DNA of 64,000 nucleotides, from IMG/VR virus record IMGVR_UViG_3300027822_000011. One strand, given 5' to 3'. Position numbers and translations under genes: made by a program. This DNA comes from a virus. Under the pieces are notes generated by a model. It worked only from the letters and a program-made list of their open reading frames with translations, did not search any database and was not told the DNA's origin. This document shows, piece by piece, positions 55,601 through 64,000 of this stretch (position 1 is its first letter; each line of letters begins with the position of its first letter).

Positions 55601-56007
55601 TTCTCCAACATTTTGCTGAATAGCTTTATTATTTTCAACTTTTCTAATACGTCTAAAAAATCTTGGTTCACCTCCCGAAACTTGTCCCACAAAAGTTTAA
55701 TTTCTGACGGAGCCAGATTATTATCAATTAAATCCTGCAATTTAAAATCACAAGTCTTTTTCATGACTTCACTAATTTCGTCAGAATATTCTTTTAATTC
55801 ATCCAAAAAACCTTTTTGCCTTTTTTGAATAACTGGTTCCTGGCCGTTTTGTGATTTCTCAATTGGTGTGGTTGGGGCTTCTTCAGATTTAAAAAATTGA
55901 TTATTTTGACTTAATTCAATAATATCTTTAATAGTCAATTCTTTTATAGTATAATTTATAGTTTCCCCGCCATCAAGATCTATGTTAACGGTTCCTGATT
56001 TTCTCAT
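55561..56007 (-). CDS. Tail assembly chaperone (G-like)
   Basis: Between tail tube and tape measure; IKELTIKDI, LAPSEIKLLW..F.EVN..F. Confidence 0.65.
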   Translation of the reverse strand: MRKSGTVNIDLDGGETINYTIKELTIKDIIELSQNNQFFKSEEAPTTPIEKSQNGQEPVIQKRQKGFLDELKEYSDEISEVMKKTCDFKLQDLIDNNLAPSEIKLLWDKFREVNQDFLDVLEKLKIIKLFSKMLEKHINNFSKILAIL

Positions 56008-56017
56008 AATTCGGCCT

Positions 56018-56614
56018 TTACGTAGTAGTTGTGGTTGTAGTTGAAGTGGTAGTGGTGGTTTTAATCTTATAATCAAAATAAGGTGACGCAGGAAAATGCG
56101 CTGTATCAGCAAGTCCTTCGGCACGATAAGTCATTGAAAGATATTCATTACCAATCAATTGAAATGGGCCATTTGGTTTGATTTTTGTCCGTCTGAAATA
56201 TCCCTCAGATTGTGGACCAATGGGGTTATTTGAAACAAAGATAATGGCATACTCTTTGTCATATCCCTGCATACCTGAAATAGTCCGTGAAGTTGCATCC
56301 AAGGTGCCCAATAAAAACATATTTAAATTGGCAGCTGCAATCTCATCCAGATTAAAATTGCAAGCATAGTCAAGGGAAGTAACAGGGTCAAGATCTTTTA
56401 AATTTACCCCTTCCCTGCTTGAATGATGGGGCCTTGATTCGGTCGCCGGCTCAATATCAAAAGCAGTGGCATTCCCGACATCAACAAAATCCCCTAAATT
56501 TCCAGCCGTATAAGCGGTGGGGTAAGTTGGGGGAGTCGTGCCTGTCCATTCCCCTACATATAAGATTCCCCTACCTGACGGGACATATAAACCAGTATTA
56601 TGTGGAGTTGTCAT
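56018..56614 (-). CDS. Major tail tube protein with a poly-Thr C-terminus
   Basis: GRGILY, DVGNATAFDI, LDEI...NL.MFLLG; ends KTTTTTSTTTTTTT. Confidence 0.8.
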   Translation of the reverse strand: MTTPHNTGLYVPSGRGILYVGEWTGTTPPTYPTAYTAGNLGDFVDVGNATAFDIEPATESRPHHSSREGVNLKDLDPVTSLDYACNFNLDEIAAANLNMFLLGTLDATSRTISGMQGYDKEYAIIFVSNNPIGPQSEGYFRRTKIKPNGPFQLIGNEYLSMTYRAEGLADTAHFPASPYFDYKIKTTTTTSTTTTTTT

Positions 56615-57064
56615 CTAAATTCCTCCTGTATCATGAATATATTTGTGAATTGCCGTCATTTGAAAAGCCACAAAAGGATTCCAAATGTTTACTTTTTCTT
56701 TAATTTTAATGGTAGTTTCATATACCAGTTTTCCCCGACTTTCATCAGTATAAAGCTGTTTGAAAAGATCATCAGCTACACTTGAAATCAAAGAATCTGC
56801 ATCTTCATTTACTTGCAAATATACAAAAATATCCACTTTGATTTCAGACCTGATTTGGTCAACTGCTACTCCCCTTTGACTAAATTTTTCATTAGGAACT
56901 GGCATTCTACCAACAACTGCGCAAACAGGGAACTGCGTTTGAGCATAACAAGTTAACTCTGCATATTCTGGCAAAGTTCTAATCGGTGATTTAATACTTG
57001 GTACGGCTTGAACCAAATTAAAATCACTAATAATTATTTGCTCTCTCTTACTATTTGCGGCCAT
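56615..57064 (-). CDS. Tail terminator-like protein
   Basis: SKREQII, QFPVCAV, LYTDESRG; position before the tail tube. Confidence 0.6.
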   Translation of the reverse strand: MAANSKREQIIISDFNLVQAVPSIKSPIRTLPEYAELTCYAQTQFPVCAVVGRMPVPNEKFSQRGVAVDQIRSEIKVDIFVYLQVNEDADSLISSVADDLFKQLYTDESRGKLVYETTIKIKEKVNIWNPFVAFQMTAIHKYIHDTGGI

Positions 57065-57068
57065 TATA

Positions 57069-57539
57069 TTATCCTCTGGTTAATTTATCATAATAATCAT
57101 TCACAATGTCCTTAATTCCTTTTATATCATCCTGGGACAACTCAAAAAACTCCCGATCCTGATGAAGGAAAAATGCTTTTGCCGGGTTTCGTTCTTTGTT
57201 TTTATACCCCGGTGCTTCTGGACCTTGTGTATTCATAAAAAAGATATCAACAGAATCCCTATTTGTATCATAAGTCATGGCTGAAAGCATTGACCCTGTT
57301 CTGGTCAAATCTACCGGCTTAACAGGAAAATCCCTTTTACCTCTTTCCACTGCATATCCTTTTGAATAAGGAGTGAAGTCAAGGCCATGCACATCCTCCC
57401 CTTTAAGAGTTCTGCGTTTGATTCTGGTCATGGCATACATCCCAATATCACCCAGCATCATATCACGGAATGGAGCATCACGGAGGGCCGTTATCTTTCG
57501 AGTCAAGCCCTTTAATCCGGTTAATTCAATAGTACTCAT
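57069..57539 (-). CDS. Tail completion/virion morphogenesis protein
   Basis: RIKRRT..G.DV.G..FTPYS..Y, VDLTRTGSML, REFFELS. Confidence 0.7.
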   Translation of the reverse strand: MSTIELTGLKGLTRKITALRDAPFRDMMLGDIGMYAMTRIKRRTLKGEDVHGLDFTPYSKGYAVERGKRDFPVKPVDLTRTGSMLSAMTYDTNRDSVDIFFMNTQGPEAPGYKNKERNPAKAFFLHQDREFFELSQDDIKGIKDIVNDYYDKLTRG

Positions 57540-57540
57540 T

Positions 57541-57981
57541 TTAAGCCCTCAACAATCGCCTGGGTGCCCGTATGGCAATTTCATCAGTATCAACTATTCC
57601 TGAATCATCCCAATCATACCCAAGACCCATGCCTATAACTGCGTCAAATTCATTGCCAAACATACCGGCAAACAAAGACATATTTCTTTCAAAGCCATCA
57701 ATCTCAGGACAATCTTTCATGAGAAGCATATACGCAAATTCTAAAGTCTTGAATGCTTCAAGTCTTGTCAAATCCCCATCTTTTACCTTAATTGGATCAA
57801 AAAGGGTCAAGGTAGGGTCAATGCCCTGGATAGGGGCTACTTGGTTATACCATCGAGCCACAAGCATTCTGTTGATAATATCAAATGCTTCCAGCCTTTG
57901 AGTTTCCCAATCATCCACTCCCAAAGACAAAATATTGCTTCTGTATTTTAATAAATCTGCGTCCACACAATAAGTAGCCAT
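57541..57981 (-). CDS. Head-tail adaptor-like protein
   Basis: MATYC..ADL, YDWDDSG; position after the capsid genes. Confidence 0.6.
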   Translation of the reverse strand: MATYCVDADLLKYRSNILSLGVDDWETQRLEAFDIINRMLVARWYNQVAPIQGIDPTLTLFDPIKVKDGDLTRLEAFKTLEFAYMLLMKDCPEIDGFERNMSLFAGMFGNEFDAVIGMGLGYDWDDSGIVDTDEIAIRAPRRLLRA

Positions 57982-57993
57982 AGCTACCCCCTT

Positions 57994-58347
57994 TTATTGA
58001 AGTGATGGCCCCTTTTGGATAACGGGAACTCTTACCCCTGTTTCCTGATTGAATCCTGCAGGGCCAACTTTAATATCAGTCATAGCCCCCTCATCCATAT
58101 CAGTCACCAAGGATTTACCAGGAATACGTACCAATACGTTCGGTGGCTCTGTGGCATCAACTGGGATTTGTGGATACCCTTTTTTAAGTAAAAACTGGGC
58201 TACCTTAATATCATCAGTTGTAAATGATCCACCATCAAAATCAGCCAATTTTCTATCACGATTGGGATCCCAAACAATTTTGGGTAAATTCGATTTATAA
58301 AATCGATACCGTTGTTTGCCTTTAACTTTTGGATTATTCCGTTTCAT
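57994..58347 (-). CDS. Hypothetical structural-module protein
   Basis: 117-aa ORF after the capsid. Confidence 0.55.
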   Translation of the reverse strand: MKRNNPKVKGKQRYRFYKSNLPKIVWDPNRDRKLADFDGGSFTTDDIKVAQFLLKKGYPQIPVDATEPPNVLVRIPGKSLVTDMDEGAMTDIKVGPAGFNQETGVRVPVIQKGPSLQ

Positions 58348-58385
58348 ACTATTCTGCCTTTCTTATGAATATTATTGCCAAATCA

Positions 58386-58616
58386 TCAAGCAGTAGTTGT
58401 GGTTGTACTTGATGAAGTTGAAGTAGTCGTGGAACTGGAAGTTGAAGTAGTAGAAGTTGTCGTGGTCGTGGTCGTGGTCGTGGTCGTTGACCAAACTCCT
58501 GATACTTGCAAATGCCGATTTAAAGCAGCAAAATACTTCCTTTCTTCCGGGTAACGGGCTGGGCTCGTTTCCATGAACCGCCTTTCCCTTTTATAATCCT
58601 CATTACTCATGGTCAT
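58386..58616 (-). CDS. Small protein with a Thr/Ser tail of about 30 residues
   Basis: Ends STTTTTTTTTTSTTSTSSSTTTSTSSSTTTTTA; AAAGGGAG RBS. Confidence 0.65.
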   Translation of the reverse strand: MTMSNEDYKRERRFMETSPARYPEERKYFAALNRHLQVSGVWSTTTTTTTTTTTSTTSTSSSTTTSTSSSTTTTTA

Positions 58617-58666
58617 TCTCCCTTTCTACAAAAAAAATTTAAATCAAAAACAAAACTGAACCCGTA

Positions 58667-59632
58667 TCAAAGGGAAGTAGTTAGGTTAGTGATTGTTCCA
58701 TGAAATTCTTCCGGACCATAATCAATACCGATTTGGCCATAAATCTGGCCTCGTTCGGATGCCCCTGTTTTGGAAAGTTCTTCATAAAAAAGAACCCCTT
58801 TACCTGGCACCGGTAGAAAGACCGGTTTGCAAACATCAAGATCAGCTACCAGCAAGGTAGCTGATGGAACATTTGGTGCCCAGATAACACCGAATTGAGC
58901 AAAATCAGTTTCAATCTGTTTGATATCCATACCACCCACATTTCTGTCCTGGGGAGCATAACCAAAGATTTCCGTAATTTGCTGTTTCTGAAATGCATTC
59001 ACAAAAATAACCGGGTTTCTGAATTCCGCCCCATTAGATGCCATATTCCTGACCAGTTCATTAAACATGGTACGACTCAGGGCAGTACTGGAAGCATCTA
59101 CCGTATTGGTTGAACAGGCGGTAATAACCCCCCTGGTTTTTGCAGCTACACCAGCACCGGTTGCTTTTTGATATTCACCATTTAAAAAAGTATAATCGGT
59201 ATTCACTGCAATCTGTCGGAGATGGGCACCGATTTGAAAATCTTTTTCATTCTGAACCGGTTGCATTTCATTCATATCAACCAAACCAGTGGTAGCATCA
59301 GCAACAATAGAACCTGGAACAGATTGTTTTGCATAGGAAATGCTTACTGATCTATGAAAAATCTGACAGGTATTGGTATCCTGACCACGAACATAAGTCC
59401 AGGGAGTAGGGGCAGTCAATGATGCTGTTTCAGTGATGGCTGGCTGGCTGGGACTTTCCAAGGCCCAAGGCTGCGCAAGGGGAAACTCAAAAGAACTTAC
59501 GGTCCTGATTCCAGCACCTTGTAAACCACCAATCATATTTAAAAATGGGGTTTGATTTGCACCGATTAAATAAAGTTCACCAGTGTAGTTCGGACAATTC
59601 CACGAGGTACCTGCAGCTTCTGTATTAGCCAT
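58667..59632 (-). CDS. Major capsid protein (DUF5309/SU10-like, HK97 fold)
   Basis: QTPFLNMIGG, NTCQIF..SV.IS, TRGVI, IETDFAQF, LSKTGASE.GQI; AAGGAG RBS before MANT. Confidence 0.85.
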   Translation of the reverse strand: MANTEAAGTSWNCPNYTGELYLIGANQTPFLNMIGGLQGAGIRTVSSFEFPLAQPWALESPSQPAITETASLTAPTPWTYVRGQDTNTCQIFHRSVSISYAKQSVPGSIVADATTGLVDMNEMQPVQNEKDFQIGAHLRQIAVNTDYTFLNGEYQKATGAGVAAKTRGVITACSTNTVDASSTALSRTMFNELVRNMASNGAEFRNPVIFVNAFQKQQITEIFGYAPQDRNVGGMDIKQIETDFAQFGVIWAPNVPSATLLVADLDVCKPVFLPVPGKGVLFYEELSKTGASERGQIYGQIGIDYGPEEFHGTITNLTTSL

Positions 59633-59669
59633 TTTACTTCTCCTTAAATAATTGGAGACTTTGAAATAT

Positions 59670-60539
59670 TTAAAGGGCCTGCTCAATCGCAAAGATTTTA
59701 TTCTTTAACGAAATTGCAAGCTGTGTTTGTCCATTTTTCAAAGCTTCCTTGTGTTGTGTTTTGAGGGTAGCCAGGTCATCTGGATCCCCCTGATTTCCTT
59801 TTCCGCCTTGTCCACCTGAACCACCACTTGAAGCAGCCAGAATACTATCTCGATTTGGATACTCGTCTATAATGATACCCATTGCTTCTTCAAATTCCGC
59901 CGGTTCACCCGGGTTCAATTTAGAATTTATGATATCACCATTGGCATGATAAGCCCGGAGAACTGCTTTGCCGTCATCGTCTTCCACCTTATAATATTTT
60001 CCAAAAGTGTCTTCTCCGATATCCGGCGGCAAAATCGTTTTCTTTTTTTCACCAACAAAGAAAGGAGATTGCGCAAATTTATTGGTTACCATCAATTTTC
60101 TGATAACACTATCTTTTTTCCCAACCACTTCCAAATGAGCATTATCCCGTTCATTTAAAACCTGGTCTTTTGCTGCCAGTTTGGCATCATAAGATTCCTT
60201 CATGTCAGCTTTCAATTTGTCAACCTTATCTGCTTTCATCCAGTCTTTATCATTGAAATTTTCAACCGTTGCCAATGCTTTGTCAGCATTTTCTTTCCAT
60301 TCGGAAAGTTTATCTGCTTCAATGTTTTCAAAGATTTTATAAGTATCACGAAGATCACGATAATTATCCCGATCTTTTTTGTTCTGCTTTCCCAGTTCAC
60401 CGATTTTCACATACATGCCGGCAGGATCAAGTGGCAAGTCTTTTTTGTCAGGATCCTGATCGTCATAATATACAATCTTTTTATCATCAGTGATCACCGG
60501 GGCATTTGTTTCTGCATCAAGCTTCATTACTAAAGGCAT
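59670..60539 (-). CDS. Capsid scaffolding protein
   Basis: Coiled coil, SK.NPGE.A.FEEA...II..YP.RD.IL, Gly-rich linker; directly before the capsid gene. Confidence 0.7.
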   Translation of the reverse strand: MPLVMKLDAETNAPVITDDKKIVYYDDQDPDKKDLPLDPAGMYVKIGELGKQNKKDRDNYRDLRDTYKIFENIEADKLSEWKENADKALATVENFNDKDWMKADKVDKLKADMKESYDAKLAAKDQVLNERDNAHLEVVGKKDSVIRKLMVTNKFAQSPFFVGEKKKTILPPDIGEDTFGKYYKVEDDDGKAVLRAYHANGDIINSKLNPGEPAEFEEAMGIIIDEYPNRDSILAASSGGSGGQGGKGNQGDPDDLATLKTQHKEALKNGQTQLAISLKNKIFAIEQAL

Positions 60540-60626
60540 TTTGTACTCCTTGTCCATTCGGACGTTTTGGCGGCTTTCCTTATTCAAGGGAATAAGCCAG
60601 ACCAATTAACTTACAATTAATTAAAT

Positions 60627-61124
60627 TTAAAAAATAAAAAATCTTTGATTTGCAATTTTAAAATTGCGTATATCAAAATGAAACCAACGTGTCTCCTTTT
60701 CTATTGCCATTATATATTTAAATTCATTTCTCTCATTGTTTGTCATTATATACTTTATGATGTCTTTTACCAAATAATTTTTGAACGTACTATCTAACGC
60801 CCTACCAAAACAATGCTGTGACGTAAATGATGACCAAGAAGCACGAATGACCCCGGTTTGCTTGAAATGCTTAATATCAATTAATCGGATAGGATCCCTA
60901 TATCCTCTTTCATCATTCGATCCACCCCATAGATAATTGTTTACCGTCATCTTTCCAAATAAACCCCGCAATTGAACTGCAGTCCATAAAAGCCTTGAAT
61001 CGGTAAGTCTCCAAATTGTTTTATTTATGTTTTTATTTTTGTCACGATACTGGTCAACTATCCAGGGCGGAAAAATTTCTTCCGGCCTAAATATATTTGG
61101 ATTTGGTATATAATATGCCATCAA
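60627..61124 (-). CDS. Peptidase M15-type endolysin
   Basis: F.PEE, LRGLFG, RGYR, SQHCFGRALD (SxH...D), WFHFDIR. Confidence 0.8.
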   Translation of the reverse strand: MMAYYIPNPNIFRPEEIFPPWIVDQYRDKNKNINKTIWRLTDSRLLWTAVQLRGLFGKMTVNNYLWGGSNDERGYRDPIRLIDIKHFKQTGVIRASWSSFTSQHCFGRALDSTFKNYLVKDIIKYIMTNNERNEFKYIMAIEKETRWFHFDIRNFKIANQRFFIF

Positions 61125-61138
61125 TTCTCCTTTACCAA

Positions 61139-61378
61139 TTAATACACAGTTTCTGGGTCAGATTGTTCAGCAAATTTAATCACAATTGATCCCTGGCCCA
61201 TTAATTCTATCATTCTGGTTGCCAATACAAAATCAGGTTCTCCCTGCCACGGTAAAACTGATTGATCAATATATTTATTAAACACTTTTTCGATTTCTGG
61301 TTCTTCCGATGATATAATGCCATTATCAATTATATATGTCCCATTACCATATTGAATTTTTATCATTTCTTCCCCCAC
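61139..61378 (-). CDS. Small acidic hypothetical protein (candidate immunity partner)
   Basis: 79-aa ORF immediately after the zincin-type domain. Confidence 0.45.
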   Translation of the reverse strand: MGEEMIKIQYGNGTYIIDNGIISSEEPEIEKVFNKYIDQSVLPWQGEPDFVLATRMIELMGQGSIVIKFAEQSDPETVY

Positions 61379-61415
61379 ATAATTTTTAATATAAATTCAA
61401 AATGACCCGGATCCT

Positions 61416-62621
61416 TCATAAAAAATTCATATGGATCACGCCCATCTGTTCAAGCCCCATTGAAACAAGTTCAGTCGCCCCACTAGCATAAAATTTACCA
61501 CAATAATGACTAAAAAATCCATCTGACCATCCCATTTCCCTCGTTCCTTTATAAATAGGAGTAAGTGGATCACCGGCTGCTCTTTTCCTTAAAAAAGCAT
61601 TAGCACGGGCTTTTAATCCAGGTATAGTAGTTTCTATATGATGTCCAAATTCATGAGTAATAGTCAAAGCATCAGCATTACCAACATACATGCCTGATGG
61701 TCGTGTAACACCCTTACCTTTCATTTCTTTACTGTAATATGCTCTTATACCAGATTGGTGATTCAAATGAATTTCAGGTATTTTCTTTAATACAGATGGA
61801 TGTAATAAATCTTCAGTTTTAGATATAGCTTTTTTAAAATTATTAATTAAACTTGTACTTTTACCGGTTGGGTAGACGACCGAAATAGTGCCGCCTTTAG
61901 GTGGAATAATCCCTTTCAAAACCACTTCTTTAGTCATATCAGTCATTTGTTGAACTGGTCCATTTAAATCTCTTTTTACATCCCCAATGTCAGCAACCGC
62001 TTTCCAATATTTTTTCTCAAGACTCCTATATTCAGGCACTTTTTTAAACTCTCTATAATTAATATTAAGTTCGTCTTCAAGTTTATCTTCAAGTTTATTT
62101 TGTTCTTGCTTAATAGCATTTCTAATTTTGATTTTAGCATCTAATTCTTTTTGTAATTTATTAGCAGAACTTTGATACATCTTATATTCAGGACTTGCTT
62201 TTACTACCGCTAATTCTTTTTGAATTCTTTTTAAAGACGGAGCATTTGATACAATATCTTTACCAATAGTTTCTGGTTTCACAATTGGTTTTGGAACTGG
62301 TTTTGGTGAAACCCCTTTTTTCTGAATAAGTTGGATTATTGTAAAATCCCCTTCTGTTCTGCCAGCCAATATGGCAGCATTGACCCTGTGATTACCATCT
62401 GCCAATAAATAAGTTTTATCAGGTAATTGATAAACCCGTGGTAATCCGATCTTTGCATATTCGACATCACTAAATTCTTTGGCCATCTGAATAGTTCGTT
62501 CTTGTTCAATAGTTGATTGGTATGTTTTAAGTTTATTAAAAGGTAATTTTTTAGTTATTGGCATTTGACACTTGCTATCCCCCCAAAATATCAATAAATT
62601 TATCACGTCTTGATATATCAA
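61416..62621 (-). CDS. ParB-like plus HExxH zincin domains; probable frameshift-separated C-terminal extension of MuF
   Basis: YLLADGNHRVNA; THEFGHHIE; TELVSMGLE. Confidence 0.6.
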   Translation of the reverse strand: MIYQDVINLLIFWGDSKCQMPITKKLPFNKLKTYQSTIEQERTIQMAKEFSDVEYAKIGLPRVYQLPDKTYLLADGNHRVNAAILAGRTEGDFTIIQLIQKKGVSPKPVPKPIVKPETIGKDIVSNAPSLKRIQKELAVVKASPEYKMYQSSANKLQKELDAKIKIRNAIKQEQNKLEDKLEDELNINYREFKKVPEYRSLEKKYWKAVADIGDVKRDLNGPVQQMTDMTKEVVLKGIIPPKGGTISVVYPTGKSTSLINNFKKAISKTEDLLHPSVLKKIPEIHLNHQSGIRAYYSKEMKGKGVTRPSGMYVGNADALTITHEFGHHIETTIPGLKARANAFLRKRAAGDPLTPIYKGTREMGWSDGFFSHYCGKFYASGATELVSMGLEQMGVIHMNFL

Positions 62622-62841
62622 ATGCTGTGGTATCCTTAAAGGTTGGTAAAGATGTTTTACTTGGCCATTTTTGTTGAACTAAATTAGAGGATAACTTAGT
62701 ACCATCTTCCGTAAAACGGGTAAGCAATGTTGGTTCTTTTTTAATTGGTTTCACAATTGGTTTAACAATCACTTTATTTTTTTTTAATTGGATTGCCTTT
62801 TTTATCCAGTCTCCACAATTTATCAAGCATCTCCTGCTCAT
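62575..62841 (-). CDS. Linker fragment between MuF and its extension
   Basis: KPIVKPIK repeat also present in ORF 61416; joined to both neighbours by removing 1 nt in A9 and G6 runs. Confidence 0.45.
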   Translation of the reverse strand: MSRRCLINCGDWIKKAIQLKKNKVIVKPIVKPIKKEPTLLTRFTEDGTKLSSNLVQQKWPSKTSLPTFKDTTAFDISRRDKFIDILGG

Positions 62842-63667
62842 CTTCTTCCAACCATTTTTTACGAACAGGTTGCCAATGATGACGGCAATTATATCCCCCT
62901 CTTTTAGTCATAGCTGGTCCGCTTTTACCTTGCCACTTAAAATTCCATGAATTAATCATTGTTCTTGTATATGGATTACCTACCCGCCTGCGGCAAAAAC
63001 GCCTTGATTTGCTCATCAGGGTGCCCATATAAATAAAGGTATCCATTCCAAGGTCTTCAGCTTTTTTAAGCATTACTTCATTGTGATAATTCATTATCAT
63101 ATCACGGGCGTATAATCTGGCATATTGAGCAAGGGAAGAACCAACCACCCCTTTGGCTGCAGATCCCAATATTGCTTGCCTGATTTCACTTTCTAAATCA
63201 GAAAACTTGCCCCCGGCCAGGACATTATCATAAACAGATTGAACTACCTTTTGCTTTGCTGTTTCTCCAATACCAAGAAAATCAGAATAATATCCATCAC
63301 GCAAAACCTGAGTCATTGTTTCATCAACATCACCAAATTTAGCTGCTTCACCAATCGTCTTGAAATTTGTTTTTATATCGGCATGGGCAGATTTAAAATC
63401 TCGAACAATTTTTCTGGTATGATTATTAAAATCAGAATAAAAAAACTTTTCTATTTTTACTTGAAGTTTCTGTGCAACTCCTAAATTGGCCTTTAATCTC
63501 ATAAGTTTGCCGGTATCATCCATTTTCAAAACATTCAATGAATTAAGAATATCGGTTTGCAAAGTTTTCATTGAATTCTGAACCATAGTGATATGCTTCT
63601 TTTGACGAGCCTTTAACCATTCATCAGAATCCCGTGCTGCCTTTGTAATTTCCTTTTTTGAAGCCAT
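62774..63667 (-). CDS. MuF/SPP1 gp7-like minor head protein
   Basis: YARLYARD, FIYMG, SR.FC, RGGYNCRHHW; follows the portal. Confidence 0.85.
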   Translation of the reverse strand: MASKKEITKAARDSDEWLKARQKKHITMVQNSMKTLQTDILNSLNVLKMDDTGKLMRLKANLGVAQKLQVKIEKFFYSDFNNHTRKIVRDFKSAHADIKTNFKTIGEAAKFGDVDETMTQVLRDGYYSDFLGIGETAKQKVVQSVYDNVLAGGKFSDLESEIRQAILGSAAKGVVGSSLAQYARLYARDMIMNYHNEVMLKKAEDLGMDTFIYMGTLMSKSRRFCRRRVGNPYTRTMINSWNFKWQGKSGPAMTKRGGYNCRHHWQPVRKKWLEEDEQEMLDKLWRLDKKGNPIKKK

Positions 63668-63674
63668 AGGTCAA

Positions 63675-64000
63675 TTACTCCTCGTCATCTTCTTTCATGC
63701 CTTTATCAATAATATTTCTTGTTCCAGGGTTATCTTCATCATCTATTTCACCAGTAGTACTTTCCCCTGGTTCCGGCATTTTATCAACGGCATCATCAAT
63801 TTCTTGATTTATTAAATTCTGGTCATCTTCGGACATTGATGGCAGAACCTGTTTTGCAGTCTGCTTTTGTAATAATCCATTAAAGGTTTTAGACATGACT
63901 ATTGTTTTTGCCGTCAAAGCATTTTCAAGATCTGCCGCTACATCCTCTACATTAAACGATTTGGATCGACCAAAATTTACTTCTTCCTTATATTTGTCCC
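63675..64000 (-). CDS. Portal protein C-terminus (partial)
   Basis: Open frame from the window edge (SFNVEDVAADLENAL...SKTF), acidic tail, upstream of MuF. Confidence 0.6.
   Translation of the reverse strand, partial: DKYKEEVNFGRSKSFNVEDVAADLENALTAKTIVMSKTFNGLLQKQTAKQVLPSMSEDDQNLINQEIDDAVDKMPEPGESTTGEIDDEDNPGTRNIIDKGMKEDDEE

Noticed and set aside
154-63484. Plus-strand ORFs of the six-frame track (for example 154-408, 11795-12190, 29804-30253, 35389-35808, 54934-55263)
   Set aside because: All lie antisense to well-supported minus-strand genes, are enriched in Phe/Ser/Leu as expected for antisense frames, and show no motifs.
1-64000. Genome-wide stop-codon reassignment (prompted by the in-frame TAG at 22755 and an in-frame TGA near 691)
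   Set aside because: Large conserved genes are intact in the standard code, and TAG/TGA end genes at expected positions (for example def, NlpC/P60, recombinase).
1-64000. tRNA/rRNA genes and integrase
   Set aside because: No cloverleaf with T-loop GTTCGAATC-like motifs was found in the short intergenic gaps, and no recombinase motifs were seen. By-eye search only; tRNAscan-SE would be decisive.

Overview
A 64-kb, AT-rich segment of a large tailed dsDNA phage, probably a siphovirus with a TP901-type tape measure. Essentially all real genes lie on the minus strand. Reading in transcription order (high to low coordinates): portal C-terminus; a MuF head protein with a frameshift-broken extension; M15 endolysin; scaffold; major capsid; neck and tail genes; holin and spanin-like genes; four glycosyltransferases plus a methyltransferase; an early-gene island with sigma70 promoters; SF2 helicase, sigma-like factor, peptide deformylase, primase, initiator, DnaC-like loader, DnaB and thymidylate synthase; a 7-deazaguanine cluster (queD, queE, queC, PRTase-folE, yhhQ and an intein-containing TGT/DpdA-like gene); beta clamp; a split UDG-exonuclease/PolA; clamp loader; and T4-like recombination genes (UvsY, gp32, UvsX, EndoVII, SbcC/D). 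Four observations stand out. (1) Six tiny, translationally coupled paralogous ORFs, five of them absent from the supplied ORF track, repeat the N-terminal module of the TGT/DpdA-like enzyme and may form a library of interchangeable modules. (2) Five virion-module proteins end in mucin-like Thr/Ser tails, and the glycosyltransferase cluster follows the structural and lysis genes, suggesting virion O-glycosylation. (3) A promoter-defined 5' leader can fold into an RBS-sequestering H-type pseudoknot. (4) Two replication-region proteins carry very long Asp/Asn tracts, while many proteins carry a terminal (I)KRN motif. All family assignments come from motif recognition by eye; no database searches were run.
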